Assembly (NCBI GenBank): GCA_000025185.1
Contig: CP001848.1
Coordinates: 3,270,001-3,302,000, forward strand
DNA length: 32,000 nucleotides
Direction: 5' to 3'
Origin: Pirellula staleyi DSM 6068
GTDB lineage: Bacteria > Planctomycetota > Planctomycetia > Pirellulales > Pirellulaceae
A program made the position numbers and the translations under genes. Below the pieces are notes generated by a model. It was not told where the DNA came from. It saw only the letters and a program-made list of their open reading frames with translations, and did not search any database. Every line of letters starts with the position of its first letter. Position 1 is the stretch's first letter. Below are positions 10,483 to 20,715 of this stretch, piece after piece.

Positions 10483-12807
10483 TTAGGTGCTGAGTTTGGC
10501 GGTGCTGTACGAGGTTTGATCGGCCAGTGCCTCTTGCAGCAGTTCTTCGTCGAGGCGGTGATAGGGAAGTCGCTTCAGCCAAATCGCAAGTGCAATGGCA
10601 ATCACGAGTCCGGCGAATGTGACCGCCAGCGTGTAGCCAAATTCTTCCCCTTCATGGTTGTAGATCATCGCCAGGGGACCTTGTTTCGCGCTGCCTGTCA
10701 TGGCGACTCGTCCCAGCGTCAAACTGAGGGCGTTGTGTGTCAGGTGATAGAGGACGCCGGTCCAGAGGCTTCCCGATTTCACGGCGACATAACCAATCAC
10801 ACAGCCGACCACCACAGCGGCGAGCGATTGCTGCAGCACACCGTGGGCGAGGCCGAAAAAGATGCTCGAAATCACAATTGCGGGCCATTTGTGCCCGGTG
10901 GTGCGAAGTCCCGAAAGGATGAAACCACGGAACGCCAGTTCCTCGCAAATCGCGGGGGTCACGGCGATCAGCAGCATCGCTTGCCAGAGCGGCGCGCTCA
11001 TGATGAGCGTTTCAAACGGGGCGAGCTGAGCGCGAGTCTCGTCGCTCAGCGGATAGAGGATGCCGATCTGCGTCGAGATCCAAATCATGGTGGGATGCAG
11101 TGTCGCGGCGAGCAGTACGGCGGCTGGGAGCGTGAGCCAGTAGCTCGGTCGTCGTAGCATCAAGGTTTCGAGGGGGCGACGTGTCAGCATGATCGCCATC
11201 AAGCATGCCGGGGCGGCGATGAGTGCGATTTGCAGCACAGCGGTGCTGTTCACAAAATCTTGCCACGAGGCAGGCATCGGAATCACGAAGCTGACGAAGA
11301 ACCGAATCACCAAGAGGAGCACGCCGCAGAGCATCGCCTCGCCAGCGGTGGGCAGATCTTGACGATCGCGGACGAGATGTCGGAGCCAAAGTCCCAGCCC
11401 AAAGCGTTCGCTTTCGCGGAACAACACCGATTCGTTACTGAACTGTTCGACCGCCCAGCGGATCGACAGGATGCAGCAGACAGCGGTGACACCGATGACG
11501 ATGGGACTATAGCGCAGGGCCTCGAAATATTCCCCTTCGATGAGGGTCCTGAGCAGTAGCATCACGCCGGTGATCGGAATGAAGCTGAAGCCGAGATCGA
11601 GTTTTGCAGAAGGCAGCAGCGGCAGGGTCATCAGCGGGAGCGAGATCAGCAGCAGCGGCATCAGGTAGTACTGTCCCTCTTTCGAGCTGCGTGCAAACGC
11701 GGCGATGGCGAGCGACAAAGCGCTGAACAGCGCTGCGATTGGAATGAGGGCGACCAAGAGCCAGAGGGTTGCAAACAAAGGTGGCGGGCCGAGATCGATC
11801 GGCAGATTCACGCCACTCATCTGTTTCATTTGCGTGATGATGAAGGTGCCGGTTGCTCCCATGCTGGCCAGGTTTAGCACCGAGGTGCCGACGCTGAAGC
11901 TCATGACGGTGAGGAGTTTGCCGACCACGATTTCGCTTCGACCAGCGGGTGAGCTGAGGAGCGTTTCGAGCGTGCCACGTTCTTTTTCACCAGCGCAGAG
12001 ATCGATGGCGGGATAGAACGCGCCGGTGAGGGCCCAAACGAGCAGGACGAAGGGGAGGATCTTGCTCCAGATTGCTGCGCGGCGCGATTCGACTTCAGCG
12101 ATGTCGGTGCTGGTGAGTTCGAACGGCCGGACGGCCGAAAGAGGGACGTTGCTTTGTCGGAGGTTCTCTTGCACCACACGCTCGCGCCAGCGATGGAGCA
12201 CATCGTCGATGCGGTGCGAAGCGACCCGCGATTTGTCGCTCGCCGAGTTGCGAATCACCAGGGGTTCAGGAACATGCTCGGGCTTCACGGCATCGGCCGC
12301 ACTGTTTTCAGTGACGCTGTTGTCGGTGGCTGCAGGTGACGCGTCGCGATCAGCCGACTTTTGCGCGGCGCTATCGTACGAATCGCGCAGCGGCGAGCGC
12401 AGCTTTTCGATCCGCAGGCCGAAGTCGGGTGGGAAGAAAACGACGGCGTCGAAGTCTTTATCTTTGATCTGCTTTTGGGCATACTCGCGAATCGCTTCGT
12501 CGCTGGAACTCTGCGGCGCATCTTGCGCGAGTTCGAGGGCAATGAGCCGCTGTTCCGACTCGGGACAAACATCGAGCGCGAACTTATTGCCATCGAGCAG
12601 CACTGGATCGCTCGGCAGCGTATCGCCGCCGATAACGAGGACGCGCGAGGGACTTTCTCGCAAGAATTGCTGCACTTGCAGCACGGTCATCCCCATCAAG
12701 GGATAGAGCAGAATCGGCAGGATAGCTATCGTGAACAGGGTCCGTCGATCGCGCAATTGATCGCGCAGTTCGCGGAGAAAAATCAGCCTGACGTTGTTCC
12801 AGTTCAT
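10483..12807 (-). CDS. ABC-2 type (NatB-like) transporter permease fused to a C-terminal CPBP (CAAX/Abi) intramembrane glutamic protease domain
   Basis: N-terminal ~460 aa: TM1, a large extracytoplasmic loop, then a multi-TM ABC-2 core ([15 protein letters not shown] motif). C-terminal ~290 aa carries all three CPBP motifs: CEELAFRGF (EExxxR), FFGLAHG (FxxxH) and YHLTHNA (HxxxN). It is translationally coupled to the upstream ATPase through an ATGA overlap at 12804-12807. Confidence 0.85.
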   Translation of the reverse strand: MNWNNVRLIFLRELRDQLRDRRTLFTIAILPILLYPLMGMTVLQVQQFLRESPSRVLVIGGDTLPSDPVLLDGNKFALDVCPESEQRLIALELAQDAPQSSSDEAIREYAQKQIKDKDFDAVVFFPPDFGLRIEKLRSPLRDSYDSAAQKSADRDASPAATDNSVTENSAADAVKPEHVPEPLVIRNSASDKSRVASHRIDDVLHRWRERVVQENLRQSNVPLSAVRPFELTSTDIAEVESRRAAIWSKILPFVLLVWALTGAFYPAIDLCAGEKERGTLETLLSSPAGRSEIVVGKLLTVMSFSVGTSVLNLASMGATGTFIITQMKQMSGVNLPIDLGPPPLFATLWLLVALIPIAALFSALSLAIAAFARSSKEGQYYLMPLLLISLPLMTLPLLPSAKLDLGFSFIPITGVMLLLRTLIEGEYFEALRYSPIVIGVTAVCCILSIRWAVEQFSNESVLFRESERFGLGLWLRHLVRDRQDLPTAGEAMLCGVLLLVIRFFVSFVIPMPASWQDFVNSTAVLQIALIAAPACLMAIMLTRRPLETLMLRRPSYWLTLPAAVLLAATLHPTMIWISTQIGILYPLSDETRAQLAPFETLIMSAPLWQAMLLIAVTPAICEELAFRGFILSGLRTTGHKWPAIVISSIFFGLAHGVLQQSLAAVVVGCVIGYVAVKSGSLWTGVLYHLTHNALSLTLGRVAMTGSAKQGPLAMIYNHEGEEFGYTLAVTFAGLVIAIALAIWLKRLPYHRLDEELLQEALADQTSYSTAKLST

Positions 12808-13625
12808 GGCGAGTTACCTGCCTTCCGTGCCTCGGCTGTCGCGGCGCTCTTGCCCGTGCTTTCAGCAGCTTCTTCTCGCTTCGAGATGAGCTGAAAAAAG
12901 AGCTCTTCCAAATCGTTTTCGGCGTAGGTGGAGCGAAGTTCGTCGAGCGAACCTTCGGCCAAAATATGCCCGCGATGCATGATGGCGATGCGGTCGCAGA
13001 GTCGCTCGGCCTCGCGCATGATGTGGGTCGAGAAGATGACGCACTTACCGGCGTCGCGCAGCTGCGCCACTTCTTTCAGCAGAGCGCGAGCGACAAGCAC
13101 ATCGAGCCCAGCGGTCGCTTCGTCGAAAATCAGAACAGGTGGATCGTGCACGAGCGCGCGAGCGATCGATACTTTTTGTTTCATGCCGGTCGACATCTTC
13201 GCCCCGAGCACATCGCGAATTTCGTGCATCTGCAAGCGATCGAACAGTTCGTTCATGCGGGCTTCGAGTTGTTCTTTCGACAGTCCGTAGAGCTTGCCAA
13301 AATACTCGACCATCTCGAACGCAGTCATGCGATCGTAGACGGCGGTGTTGCACGACACAAAACCGATTTGATGACGCACGAGCGATGGTTGTGTGAGAAC
13401 GTCGTAGCCATTCACGCGAGCGCTGCCGCTGGTGGGGCGGAGCACGGTGCTGAGAATGCGCAGGGCACTCGTTTTGCCAGCGCCATTGGGTCCGAGCAGG
13501 CCGTAGATCTGTCCGGCGTGAGCGTCGAACGAGATGCCGGCTAAGGCGACGAACTTGCCGCGCCGAATATCGGCGTAGGACTTCGTGAGATCGCGTACGT
13601 GGATCATGCGTCCTGCTGCCGACAT
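12804..13625 (-). CDS. ABC transporter ATP-binding protein (NatA-like, ABC-2 subfamily)
   Basis: Walker [13 protein letters not shown], signature [15 protein letters not shown], Walker [13 protein letters not shown], and H-loop FSTHIM. Confidence 0.9.
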   Translation of the reverse strand: MSAAGRMIHVRDLTKSYADIRRGKFVALAGISFDAHAGQIYGLLGPNGAGKTSALRILSTVLRPTSGSARVNGYDVLTQPSLVRHQIGFVSCNTAVYDRMTAFEMVEYFGKLYGLSKEQLEARMNELFDRLQMHEIRDVLGAKMSTGMKQKVSIARALVHDPPVLIFDEATAGLDVLVARALLKEVAQLRDAGKCVIFSTHIMREAERLCDRIAIMHRGHILAEGSLDELRSTYAENDLEELFFQLISKREEAAESTGKSAATAEARKAGNSP

Positions 13626-13760
13626 GGAGGGGATGAGAAGAACCAGCCGCGATCGAGGAACTGCGATGGTGCGCAGGGTCGCACTCTGCTGTTGTCACGC
13701 GAGCGCTTCGACGTAGCCACTGCCAAGTAGCGACGAAGCGGTGATCCGCGCGACAGATAT

Positions 13761-13789
13761 TTTCTTGAAGCTCTGTACCGCTCAAGAAA
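13761..13789. repeat. Inverted repeat TTTCTTGA-N13-TCAAGAAA in the divergent control region
   Basis: A perfect 8-bp inverted repeat, visible at 13761-13768 and 13782-13789. Its function is unknown. Confidence 0.3.
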
Positions 13790-13895
13790 AATGAGTCGAC
13801 CGCTGAACTCTACCACACCATTTGTGGTCGTCGCCGAAAAGCGCACTCACGAGCATCAGTTTCGGGGGAGTTTCTACGGGAGGGGCGCGCGTGAT

Positions 13896-13932
13896 GTTGC
13901 GCAAGTTGCGCTTTCGCGCGCTATTGTTGCGC
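13896..13932. repeat. Three direct copies of GTTGCGC (13896, 13905, 13926); the first overlaps the palindrome TTGCGCAA
   Basis: The sequence reads TGTTGCGCAAGTTGCGCTTTCGCGCGCTATTGTTGCGCG. It lies ~200 bp upstream of the AAA+ ATPase start and ~270 bp upstream of the ABC ATPase start. It may be an operator, which is untested. Confidence 0.3.
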
Positions 13933-14128
13933 GTTCAGCAGCGCGATTGTCGGCTTGTTAGCGGGTGTAGCAAATGTTCCGAAAATAGTGGTGACCAAAC
14001 GTGTCACACGGGTGTTTTACGATGGAATCGTAAGGGAGAGTCGTGAGCTACATTTTTGCGTTCCACCGAGATTGCCCCGCTTATTCGGCCTGTGCCAGTT
14101 GTCTGCCCCAATTGCGAGCGAGAGTTCC

Positions 14129-15457
14129 ATGACCGTGCTTCCGTACGCCGAAAAACCTGTCGATTTTGTGATCCCCGAACCCATCGTGGGGGAAGTGCTG
14201 GCGTTCACGCCGCCGGAACCGAAATCGCTCGAAGAAACGGGGCTCGCCGCGCAGGAGGTCGAGGCGCTGCTGCTGAAGCATCTGCTGACCGGCGGGTCAT
14301 CGACCGGCAGACGGATGGCCGACGTGCTGAAGCTGCCGTTTGGCATTGTGCACGAGCTGCTGCGAGGTGTGAAAGCGCAGCTGCTGGTGAACTACAAAAG
14401 CCAGGCGCAGATGGGGGACTTCGAGTATGAACTGACCCCTGAAGGTGAAGCTCGCGCACGCTATCACAGTGACCGCTGCACCTACTGCGGCGCAGCTCCT
14501 GTGACGCTCAGCGCTTACATCGATTCGGTGCTGAAGCAAAGTGTGCGACGCGTCCGTCCTAAGCTCTCGGATTTGTGCCAGGCGTTTAGCGATCTGTCGA
14601 TGGCACCGGCGATGATCAGCCAGATTGGTCAAGCGGTGCACGCCGGGCGCGGGATGTTCATTTATGGTTCGCCAGGGAACGGAAAAACGAGCATTGCCGA
14701 GCGTGTGATTCGCGCGGTGAGTCAGCATGTGTGGGTGCCGCGCACGATCACGGTGTCGGGCGAAATCATTCGGGTGTTTGATCCTGCGAATCACGAAGAA
14801 GCGCCGCTGGCAGCCGGAAGCGCGATCCTGAGCGACTCGAATTTCGATCGACGCTGGGTGCGCATTCGTCGTCCGTCGATCATCGTGGGTGGCGAACTGC
14901 GGATGGAACATTTGGAGCTGACGAGCAATCCCGCGACCGGCATCATCGAGGCACCGGTGCAGCTGAAGAGCAACTGTGGTGCGCTGGTGGTCGACGACTT
15001 TGGACGACAGCGGATGACAACCACCGAATTGCTGAATCGCTGGATTATTCCGCTCGAAAAAGGGTACGACTTTTTGAGCCTTCCGTCGGGACGCCAGATT
15101 CAAGTTCCCTTCGATCAGCTGATGGTTTTCTCGACGAATCTCGAGCCTCACAAGTTAGTGGACGAAGCTTTTTTACGGCGAATTCCGTACAAACTCGAGG
15201 TGAGCGATCCCACGCCTCGCGAGTTCAAAGAGCTGGTGAAGCAGTGGTGCGCGAAGCTGGGGCTCGAGTATTCCGAAGAAGCGCTGCAGCACTGGCTTGA
15301 AGAGCATTACAAAAAACCGGGCCGCGCGATGCGCTACTGTCATCCGCGCGATCTGGTGAATCAAGTGAAGACCTTTTGCGAATTTCACGATCTGCCGATG
15401 GTGCTGACATCTAAAGGAGTGGATGTCGCAGCACGAAACTATTTCGCGGGGCTGTAG
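14129..15457 (+). CDS. AAA+ family ATPase, uncharacterised, with ~200-aa N-terminal non-ATPase region
   Basis: Walker A GSPGNGKTS, Walker B ALVVDDFGRQ, sensor-1 VFSTNLEP, and Arg-finger region DEAFLRRIPYK. I set the start to ATG 14129 (MTVLPYAEKP); the ORF-track extension to 13955 is unlikely. Confidence 0.8.
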   Translation: MTVLPYAEKPVDFVIPEPIVGEVLAFTPPEPKSLEETGLAAQEVEALLLKHLLTGGSSTGRRMADVLKLPFGIVHELLRGVKAQLLVNYKSQAQMGDFEYELTPEGEARARYHSDRCTYCGAAPVTLSAYIDSVLKQSVRRVRPKLSDLCQAFSDLSMAPAMISQIGQAVHAGRGMFIYGSPGNGKTSIAERVIRAVSQHVWVPRTITVSGEIIRVFDPANHEEAPLAAGSAILSDSNFDRRWVRIRRPSIIVGGELRMEHLELTSNPATGIIEAPVQLKSNCGALVVDDFGRQRMTTTELLNRWIIPLEKGYDFLSLPSGRQIQVPFDQLMVFSTNLEPHKLVDEAFLRRIPYKLEVSDPTPREFKELVKQWCAKLGLEYSEEALQHWLEEHYKKPGRAMRYCHPRDLVNQVKTFCEFHDLPMVLTSKGVDVAARNYFAGL

Positions 15458-15693
15458 CAGCGGGCTGTGTGACGGTTGATGGCGAGTGGCTGGCTCGATT
15501 TTGATAGCGAGGTGCGAACCTGCGAAAGCGATGTGGCGTCGGTTGTCAATCTGCGCCAGTCCATTTTTCGTCGAGCCACAGTCGCTGGGAGTTGAGCCGA
15601 GCGGTTGACATCGCTACAACCACCCAGCAGCGCGGTTGCTCGCCACGCAGTAGATTGGCGACCAACATCACAGCTTCGCGGAGTTCCTTAGTC

Positions 15694-16167
15694 ATGAATG
15701 CTTACGCACCGTTGATCGATCGCTATGCTGCCGGCCCTGAGCGGCTGCGCGAGTTGGTGATTGATCTCACGCCCGATGAACTTCGCGCACGACCGATTGC
15801 TGGCAAATGGTCGACCCTCGAGGTAGTGGCACATATCGCCGACTTCGAACCGATTTTTCTCGACCGCATGAAGCGGGTGATCGCCGAAGAGGAATCGCCG
15901 ATTCGCAGTGGCGACGAGAACTTGTTTTTTCAGCGTCTGAAGTACGAGCATCGGCAGCTTGCGTGCGAGTTAGCGCTCATTGAAGCTTGTCGAGCGCATG
16001 CGGTCACTATCTTGCGTAACATCACTGATGCCGACTTTGCCCGCGAAGGAATTCACAGCGAACTAGGACGTGTGAGCCTCCAGGGTTTGCTGGAAAAAGT
16101 AACGGGGCACATCGAACATCACTTGCCTTTTATTGAAGAGAAGCGTCGAGCCCTGCGAGGGAGTTAG
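15694..16167 (+). CDS. DinB-family (DinB_2) four-helix-bundle protein
   Basis: LTPDELRARPIAGKWSTLEVVAHIADFEPIFLDRM ... GHIEHHLPFIEEKR shows the typical DinB His-triad pattern. The start is ATG 15694 (MNAYAPLIDRY). Confidence 0.8.
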   Translation: MNAYAPLIDRYAAGPERLRELVIDLTPDELRARPIAGKWSTLEVVAHIADFEPIFLDRMKRVIAEEESPIRSGDENLFFQRLKYEHRQLACELALIEACRAHAVTILRNITDADFAREGIHSELGRVSLQGLLEKVTGHIEHHLPFIEEKRRALRGS

Positions 16168-16412
16168 CCCCGGGATTTACTGCCAAGCACCCTTACGTAT
16201 CCGTCGTTTGAGCGAGACAATAGCTTCCTGCTGCGGTAAATTTAGAGTGCTGCAACGAAGCCTAATCGATTGCAGCAGCAAGGTTTAGGTGCGACAGAGG
16301 GTGATGCCCATAGTCGCTTTGGCTCACTACAAGGTATAATTTCGTTAGGTGTCGGGCGGGATTGCACAGCGTGTGTGTGCCGCCAGTCGCCGTGGCTACG
16401 ACGAACCATTTG

Positions 16413-17375
16413 ATGACTGAAGCAACCATCCCACTGACTCACCCGCAGCGTGTGCTGACGCTCTTCGGAGCCCGCGATCAGCATTTGCACGCGATCCGCG
16501 ACACGCTTGGTGTAGCAGTGGTTCATCGCGACGGTCATCTCCGTGTCACTGGCGAAGAGTCGGCTGTGGTACGCGCGACCCAAGTCCTCGAGCAAATGCA
16601 ATCGCATCTTGGCTCTAGCGACGATCTCAGCGGAGAAGTCGTGGCCGACTTCCTCGCGCGCGCTCAAGGAAAACGAACGCTTGTCGCCGGACCACCCATC
16701 GATGTGGTGAATGTTTCGAAGCGCATCAGCCCCCGAACGGCGGGGCAGGCTCGCTACGTTCAGGCCATTCGCGAGAGCGACATCACGTTTGCCATCGGAC
16801 CTGCCGGGACAGGCAAGACCTATCTTGCCGTCGCTGTTGCTGTCGAAGCATTGAAGCAGCATCAGATTCGGAAGATCGTGCTCGTACGTCCTGCTGTCGA
16901 TGCGGGAGAGAGTTTAGGCTTCCTGCCGGGCGACATGCACGCCAAAATTAACCCCTATCTCCGTCCGCTTCTCGATTCGCTCGCCGACATGGTCGACTAC
17001 GACTTGATGAAGCGATACATGGAGACCGATGTGGTGGAGATCGCTCCACTGGCCTACATGCGAGGACGTACGCTCAACGAAGCGTTCATCATTCTCGACG
17101 AAGCGCAAAACGCGACCGTCGCACAGATGAAAATGTTCCTCACCCGAATGGGCATCGGATCGAAGATCGTGATTTCGGGCGACACCACGCAGGTTGATCT
17201 TCCGCGTCCTAGTGCCAGCGGACTGACCGACGCCCTGGCTCGCCTCCGTGATATTCAAGGCATTAGTATCGTACAATTAACGAAGTCCGACATTGTCCGG
17301 CATCGCTTGGTGCAAGAGATCGTGCGGGCTTACGAAGAAGAACCCAAGGCAGCCATCGCGCGGCGAACTCGCTAA
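16413..17375 (+). CDS. phoH: PhoH-family ATPase (YbeZ-like)
   Basis: GPAGTGKTYLAVAVAVEAL, RPAVDAGESLGFLPGD, AYMRGRTLNEAFIILDEAQN and ISGDTTQVDLP. The start is ATG 16413. Confidence 0.9.
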   Translation: MTEATIPLTHPQRVLTLFGARDQHLHAIRDTLGVAVVHRDGHLRVTGEESAVVRATQVLEQMQSHLGSSDDLSGEVVADFLARAQGKRTLVAGPPIDVVNVSKRISPRTAGQARYVQAIRESDITFAIGPAGTGKTYLAVAVAVEALKQHQIRKIVLVRPAVDAGESLGFLPGDMHAKINPYLRPLLDSLADMVDYDLMKRYMETDVVEIAPLAYMRGRTLNEAFIILDEAQNATVAQMKMFLTRMGIGSKIVISGDTTQVDLPRPSASGLTDALARLRDIQGISIVQLTKSDIVRHRLVQEIVRAYEEEPKAAIARRTR

Positions 17376-17435
17376 AGAGCATCTTGGCGGAGAGCTCTCG
17401 AGCATTCGAGTGCGCGACAGCCGGTTGTCAAATTT

Positions 17436-19787
17436 ATGTCGTACGGACCAAATCGCCGCTACAAACCTGGACGCGGAGGCTCACTCGGGCTTTCACGCTC
17501 GTCCCTCTCCCGGCTCGTCGAAACCCTTTCGCGAACCGATGTGCTCGTTCGTTTGTGCCTCGCCTTTGCCGCCGCACTCATCCTCTGGGCGATCACGGGT
17601 GGCTGGGCTCCACCCAGTTCATTTCGCACGGGCTATGTCCCTCGACGCGACATCATTGCCCGCGTCGACTTTAGTGTCGACAACATCAAAAAGACCGACG
17701 AACTGAAGCGCCAAGCGCGGCAGCAAGCCGAATGGGTCTACGAAAACAACCTTCGTCCCCTCGAAGAAAAACGACAAGAACTTGCGAACAAAATGTCGCT
17801 CTTGTCGCAGTCGGAAACGATCGACATGGTCGATCCCACGGTCTGGCGCGAATTCAATCCACCACCACCTCCCGACACGCCGGCGACCGATGATGCGCCA
17901 AAATTGGCAGCCATCCGCGCCTTCTTTTCTTCAGGCATGGATAGTGGCAAGTTCGACGAAGCCCTCAAACGCGCGCTGCTGCCACTCGAACGCAGCGGTC
18001 TGCTGAACACACTGGCTCACACCAGCGATCAAGGGCCGCAAGGCTATATCTTGATTCGCCCCAGTGGCGAACCGAAGTGGAGCCATCGCGCTAGTATCGA
18101 CGAAGTGCAGATCAGCAAAGTGAAGCCAGGCCTGAAGCAACGCCTGCTCGACGAAATGCAATCGCAAGGTGGCATGAACACCAATAGCGAAATCGTCGCA
18201 CAACTCACCTACAACTGGCTCGAATCACGACTTCCCAGCACTCTCTCGCCCGATCCTATTGCTACCAACGACGAGCAAGTTCGCGCGGAAGCCGAAGTGG
18301 CGATGGTCAGCGACAGCTATCGCAAAGGGGAGTCGGAACTCGCCCCCGGCGGACTGCCACTCGGGCCAACGCAGATGGAACTTTTGCGTCACGAGTATGT
18401 CGCGTGGCTCCAAGAGATGAGCATCTCGCGACGCATCAGCCACAGCGCTTCGCTCTTCGGCATGTACACCGCACTCGCCGTGCTCTGCGGCTTCTACATC
18501 TACCATCGCAAGCGCCGTGTTCTCACCGATCTGCGCCAGTACATCACGCTCCTGGCATCGGTCATCACTACCGTTTGGCTCTGCTGGATTTGTGCCGCCG
18601 ATCAATGGCGTGTCGAGATCATTCCGCTATTACTCTTTGGCATGACAGCCGCCATTGCCTACGAAAAAGAACTCGCACTTCTGCTATCCGCATCGGTTTC
18701 ACTCATCGTTGCATTCTCGCTCGAGCAAGGGCTCGCCGAATTCGTGATCCTCGTAAGCAGCGTAGCTGCAGCGATCTTGCTACTTCGCCGAATTCGTTCG
18801 CGAACCAAGTTAATCTACGTCGGCGCGTTTACCGGTGCAGTGGTGATGCTCACCACGATTGGTGTCGGCACTCTCGCCGGACAAGCCTTCGGTGCTGCCA
18901 ACATCGCCATGGCCTTCTCCACTCCGGAAGCCGCTGATCTGGTCGGTAGCTCGCTGCTTCCATCACTGATGGTTGGTGCTGCTTGGTGTGGATTTTGTGC
19001 GTTGCTCGCCGGTCTGCTCATGACCGGTCTACTCCCATTCATCGAACGTTTGTTCGACGTGCAAGCCGACATCAGCCTGCTGGAACTCGGCGATGTGCAG
19101 CATCCACTGCTGCAAGAACTCGTGCGCCGGGCACCTGGCACTTATAACCATTCGATCAACGTCGCATCGATTGCCGAAACAGCAGCCGAAGCGATTCATG
19201 CCAATGGTCTGCTTGTTCGTGTGGGGGCTTACTTCCACGACATCGGGAAGATGCTGAAACCCTCGTATTTTGTGGAAAATCAGGGCTCCGAAGGAAATCG
19301 TCACGAATCGCTTCAGCCCGCTATGAGCACCCTCGTGATCATCGCCCACGTGAAGGATGGAGCCGACCTTGCACGTCAGCATCACCTGCCGCAATCGATC
19401 ATCGATTTTATCGAACAGCATCACGGCACCACGCTGGTCGAATACTTCTTCCGCCGCGAAGCCAAACGACTCGAGTCCGATCCCGATGGTGGTGAACTGG
19501 ACGAAAGCACCTTCCGCTATCCTGGTCCGAAGCCGCAAACCAAAGAGGCGGCTGTTCTCATGATTTCGGATGTGGTGGAAAGCGCGAGTCGCGCACTGAC
19601 CGATCCCACCCCGTCGCGTATTGAAAGTCTCGTGCACGATTTGGCGATGAAGCGTTTGCTCGACGGCCAGTTCGATGAATGTGGACTCACGCTGCAAGAG
19701 CTGCGCGTGCTCGAAGACAGCCTCGTCAAGTCGCTCACGGCAGTCTATCACGGCCGCGTGAAGTATCCTGAACATCAGACGGTCTAG
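17436..19787 (+). CDS. 7TM-receptor HD/HDIG hydrolase (YqfF/PgpH family; Listeria PgpH is a c-di-AMP phosphodiesterase)
   Basis: An extracellular N-terminal domain, a 7-TM block (aa ~330-560), and a C-terminal HD domain with HSINVASIAE...GAYFHDIGKM...HHGTTLVEYF. It sits between phoH and ybeY, as in Bacillus. Confidence 0.85.
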   Translation: MSYGPNRRYKPGRGGSLGLSRSSLSRLVETLSRTDVLVRLCLAFAAALILWAITGGWAPPSSFRTGYVPRRDIIARVDFSVDNIKKTDELKRQARQQAEWVYENNLRPLEEKRQELANKMSLLSQSETIDMVDPTVWREFNPPPPPDTPATDDAPKLAAIRAFFSSGMDSGKFDEALKRALLPLERSGLLNTLAHTSDQGPQGYILIRPSGEPKWSHRASIDEVQISKVKPGLKQRLLDEMQSQGGMNTNSEIVAQLTYNWLESRLPSTLSPDPIATNDEQVRAEAEVAMVSDSYRKGESELAPGGLPLGPTQMELLRHEYVAWLQEMSISRRISHSASLFGMYTALAVLCGFYIYHRKRRVLTDLRQYITLLASVITTVWLCWICAADQWRVEIIPLLLFGMTAAIAYEKELALLLSASVSLIVAFSLEQGLAEFVILVSSVAAAILLLRRIRSRTKLIYVGAFTGAVVMLTTIGVGTLAGQAFGAANIAMAFSTPEAADLVGSSLLPSLMVGAAWCGFCALLAGLLMTGLLPFIERLFDVQADISLLELGDVQHPLLQELVRRAPGTYNHSINVASIAETAAEAIHANGLLVRVGAYFHDIGKMLKPSYFVENQGSEGNRHESLQPAMSTLVIIAHVKDGADLARQHHLPQSIIDFIEQHHGTTLVEYFFRREAKRLESDPDGGELDESTFRYPGPKPQTKEAAVLMISDVVESASRALTDPTPSRIESLVHDLAMKRLLDGQFDECGLTLQELRVLEDSLVKSLTAVYHGRVKYPEHQTV

Positions 19788-19838
19788 CATCTTCTCTGGC
19801 ATGCCACCGGTACTGAACTTCCGATAAGGGCGACTCGT

Positions 19839-20270
19839 TTGATTGACGTGCAAGTGACGAATCGTCAAACGCGGCACAAAATCGATAAGAAGCTGCTATC
19901 TAGCGCCGTTCGCAAAGTGCTCGCACTCGGCGAGATTAAGTCTGCTGAAATCAGCGTCGCGGTGGTCGATGGCGACGAGATGCATCAGCTCAACCGTCAG
20001 TATCTGCAGCACGACTACACTACCGATTGCCTCAGCTTTGTGCTCGACTTCGAGGACGACCACCTCGAAGGGGAGGTGATCGTCTCGGCCGACTATGCGG
20101 CTCAAGAATCACTGCAGTATGGCTGGCGCATGGAAGATGAACTGCTCCTCTACGTCATCCATGCGTCGCTCCATCTCATCGGGCACGACGATCACGAAGA
20201 GTCCGATATTGCCAAGATGCGTGAAGCTGAAAAACAGATCCTGGCGCAGTTTGGCCTCGAGCGTCGCTAG
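19839..20270 (+). CDS. ybeY: rRNA maturation endoribonuclease YbeY
   Basis: The metal motif HASLHLIGHDDHEE (H-x3-H-x5-H) together with the family context. The start is a TTG at 19839, and the GTG at 19848 is an alternative. Confidence 0.9.
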   Translation: MIDVQVTNRQTRHKIDKKLLSSAVRKVLALGEIKSAEISVAVVDGDEMHQLNRQYLQHDYTTDCLSFVLDFEDDHLEGEVIVSADYAAQESLQYGWRMEDELLLYVIHASLHLIGHDDHEESDIAKMREAEKQILAQFGLERR

Positions 20271-20348
20271 TTTTTAAGCGAGTATTTCGCCTGCATTTTC
20301 CTCTCCAAGCTTCTGGAGCCTGTCGCTCGGCAAGCGTATAACGTGGGG

Positions 20349-20669
20349 ATGGAAGATCGCGACGAAAACCCTCTGAAGATTCCCAAAAAACCTTCCCCGG
20401 CGACGATCACGCAACTGGGATGCGGCCATCTCGTGATTTCCATAGCGGTGGCTTGTGCACTGCTCCTCTTCAACGGCCTCACGGTCAGCAGTGTCTACTC
20501 CGGATGGGCCTCGCGACTCTCCGATTTCTGGCGCGAGCCCCGCATCGCCCAATCGATTCTGTTTCTCGGTCCGATTCTGCTGCTGGTGTTTCAGTGGTGG
20601 ATCTACGATCTGTTTCTCGATCGTTTTTGGCCCGCTCGTAAACGTGTGCAGTTCTCTTCGCGAAAGTAA
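20349..20669 (+). CDS. Hypothetical small membrane protein (two predicted TM helices)
   Basis: Hydrophobic helices LVISIAVACALLLFNGLTV and ILFLGPILLLVFQWWIY. It ends 47 bp before the large cytochrome gene. I recognise no family. Confidence 0.45.
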   Translation: MEDRDENPLKIPKKPSPATITQLGCGHLVISIAVACALLLFNGLTVSSVYSGWASRLSDFWREPRIAQSILFLGPILLLVFQWWIYDLFLDRFWPARKRVQFSSRK

Positions 20670-20715
20670 TGCACGCCACGCATCCCCCGCACCACTTGCT
20701 CACGAGACCAATTTC

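Noticed and set aside
16229-16280. Hairpin GCTGCAA-N14-TTGCAGC with alternative TGCTGC/GCAGCA pairing between dinB-family gene and phoH
   Set aside because: The stem is short, the loop is large, no U-tract follows, and the pairing is ambiguous. It is not convincing as a terminator or a structured RNA.
20455-20715. N-terminal 87-aa extension of the large cytochrome ORF
   Set aside because: The extension is Cys/Ser-rich nonsense and overlaps the small 2-TM ORF. The Met at 20716 is followed directly by a classical signal peptide.
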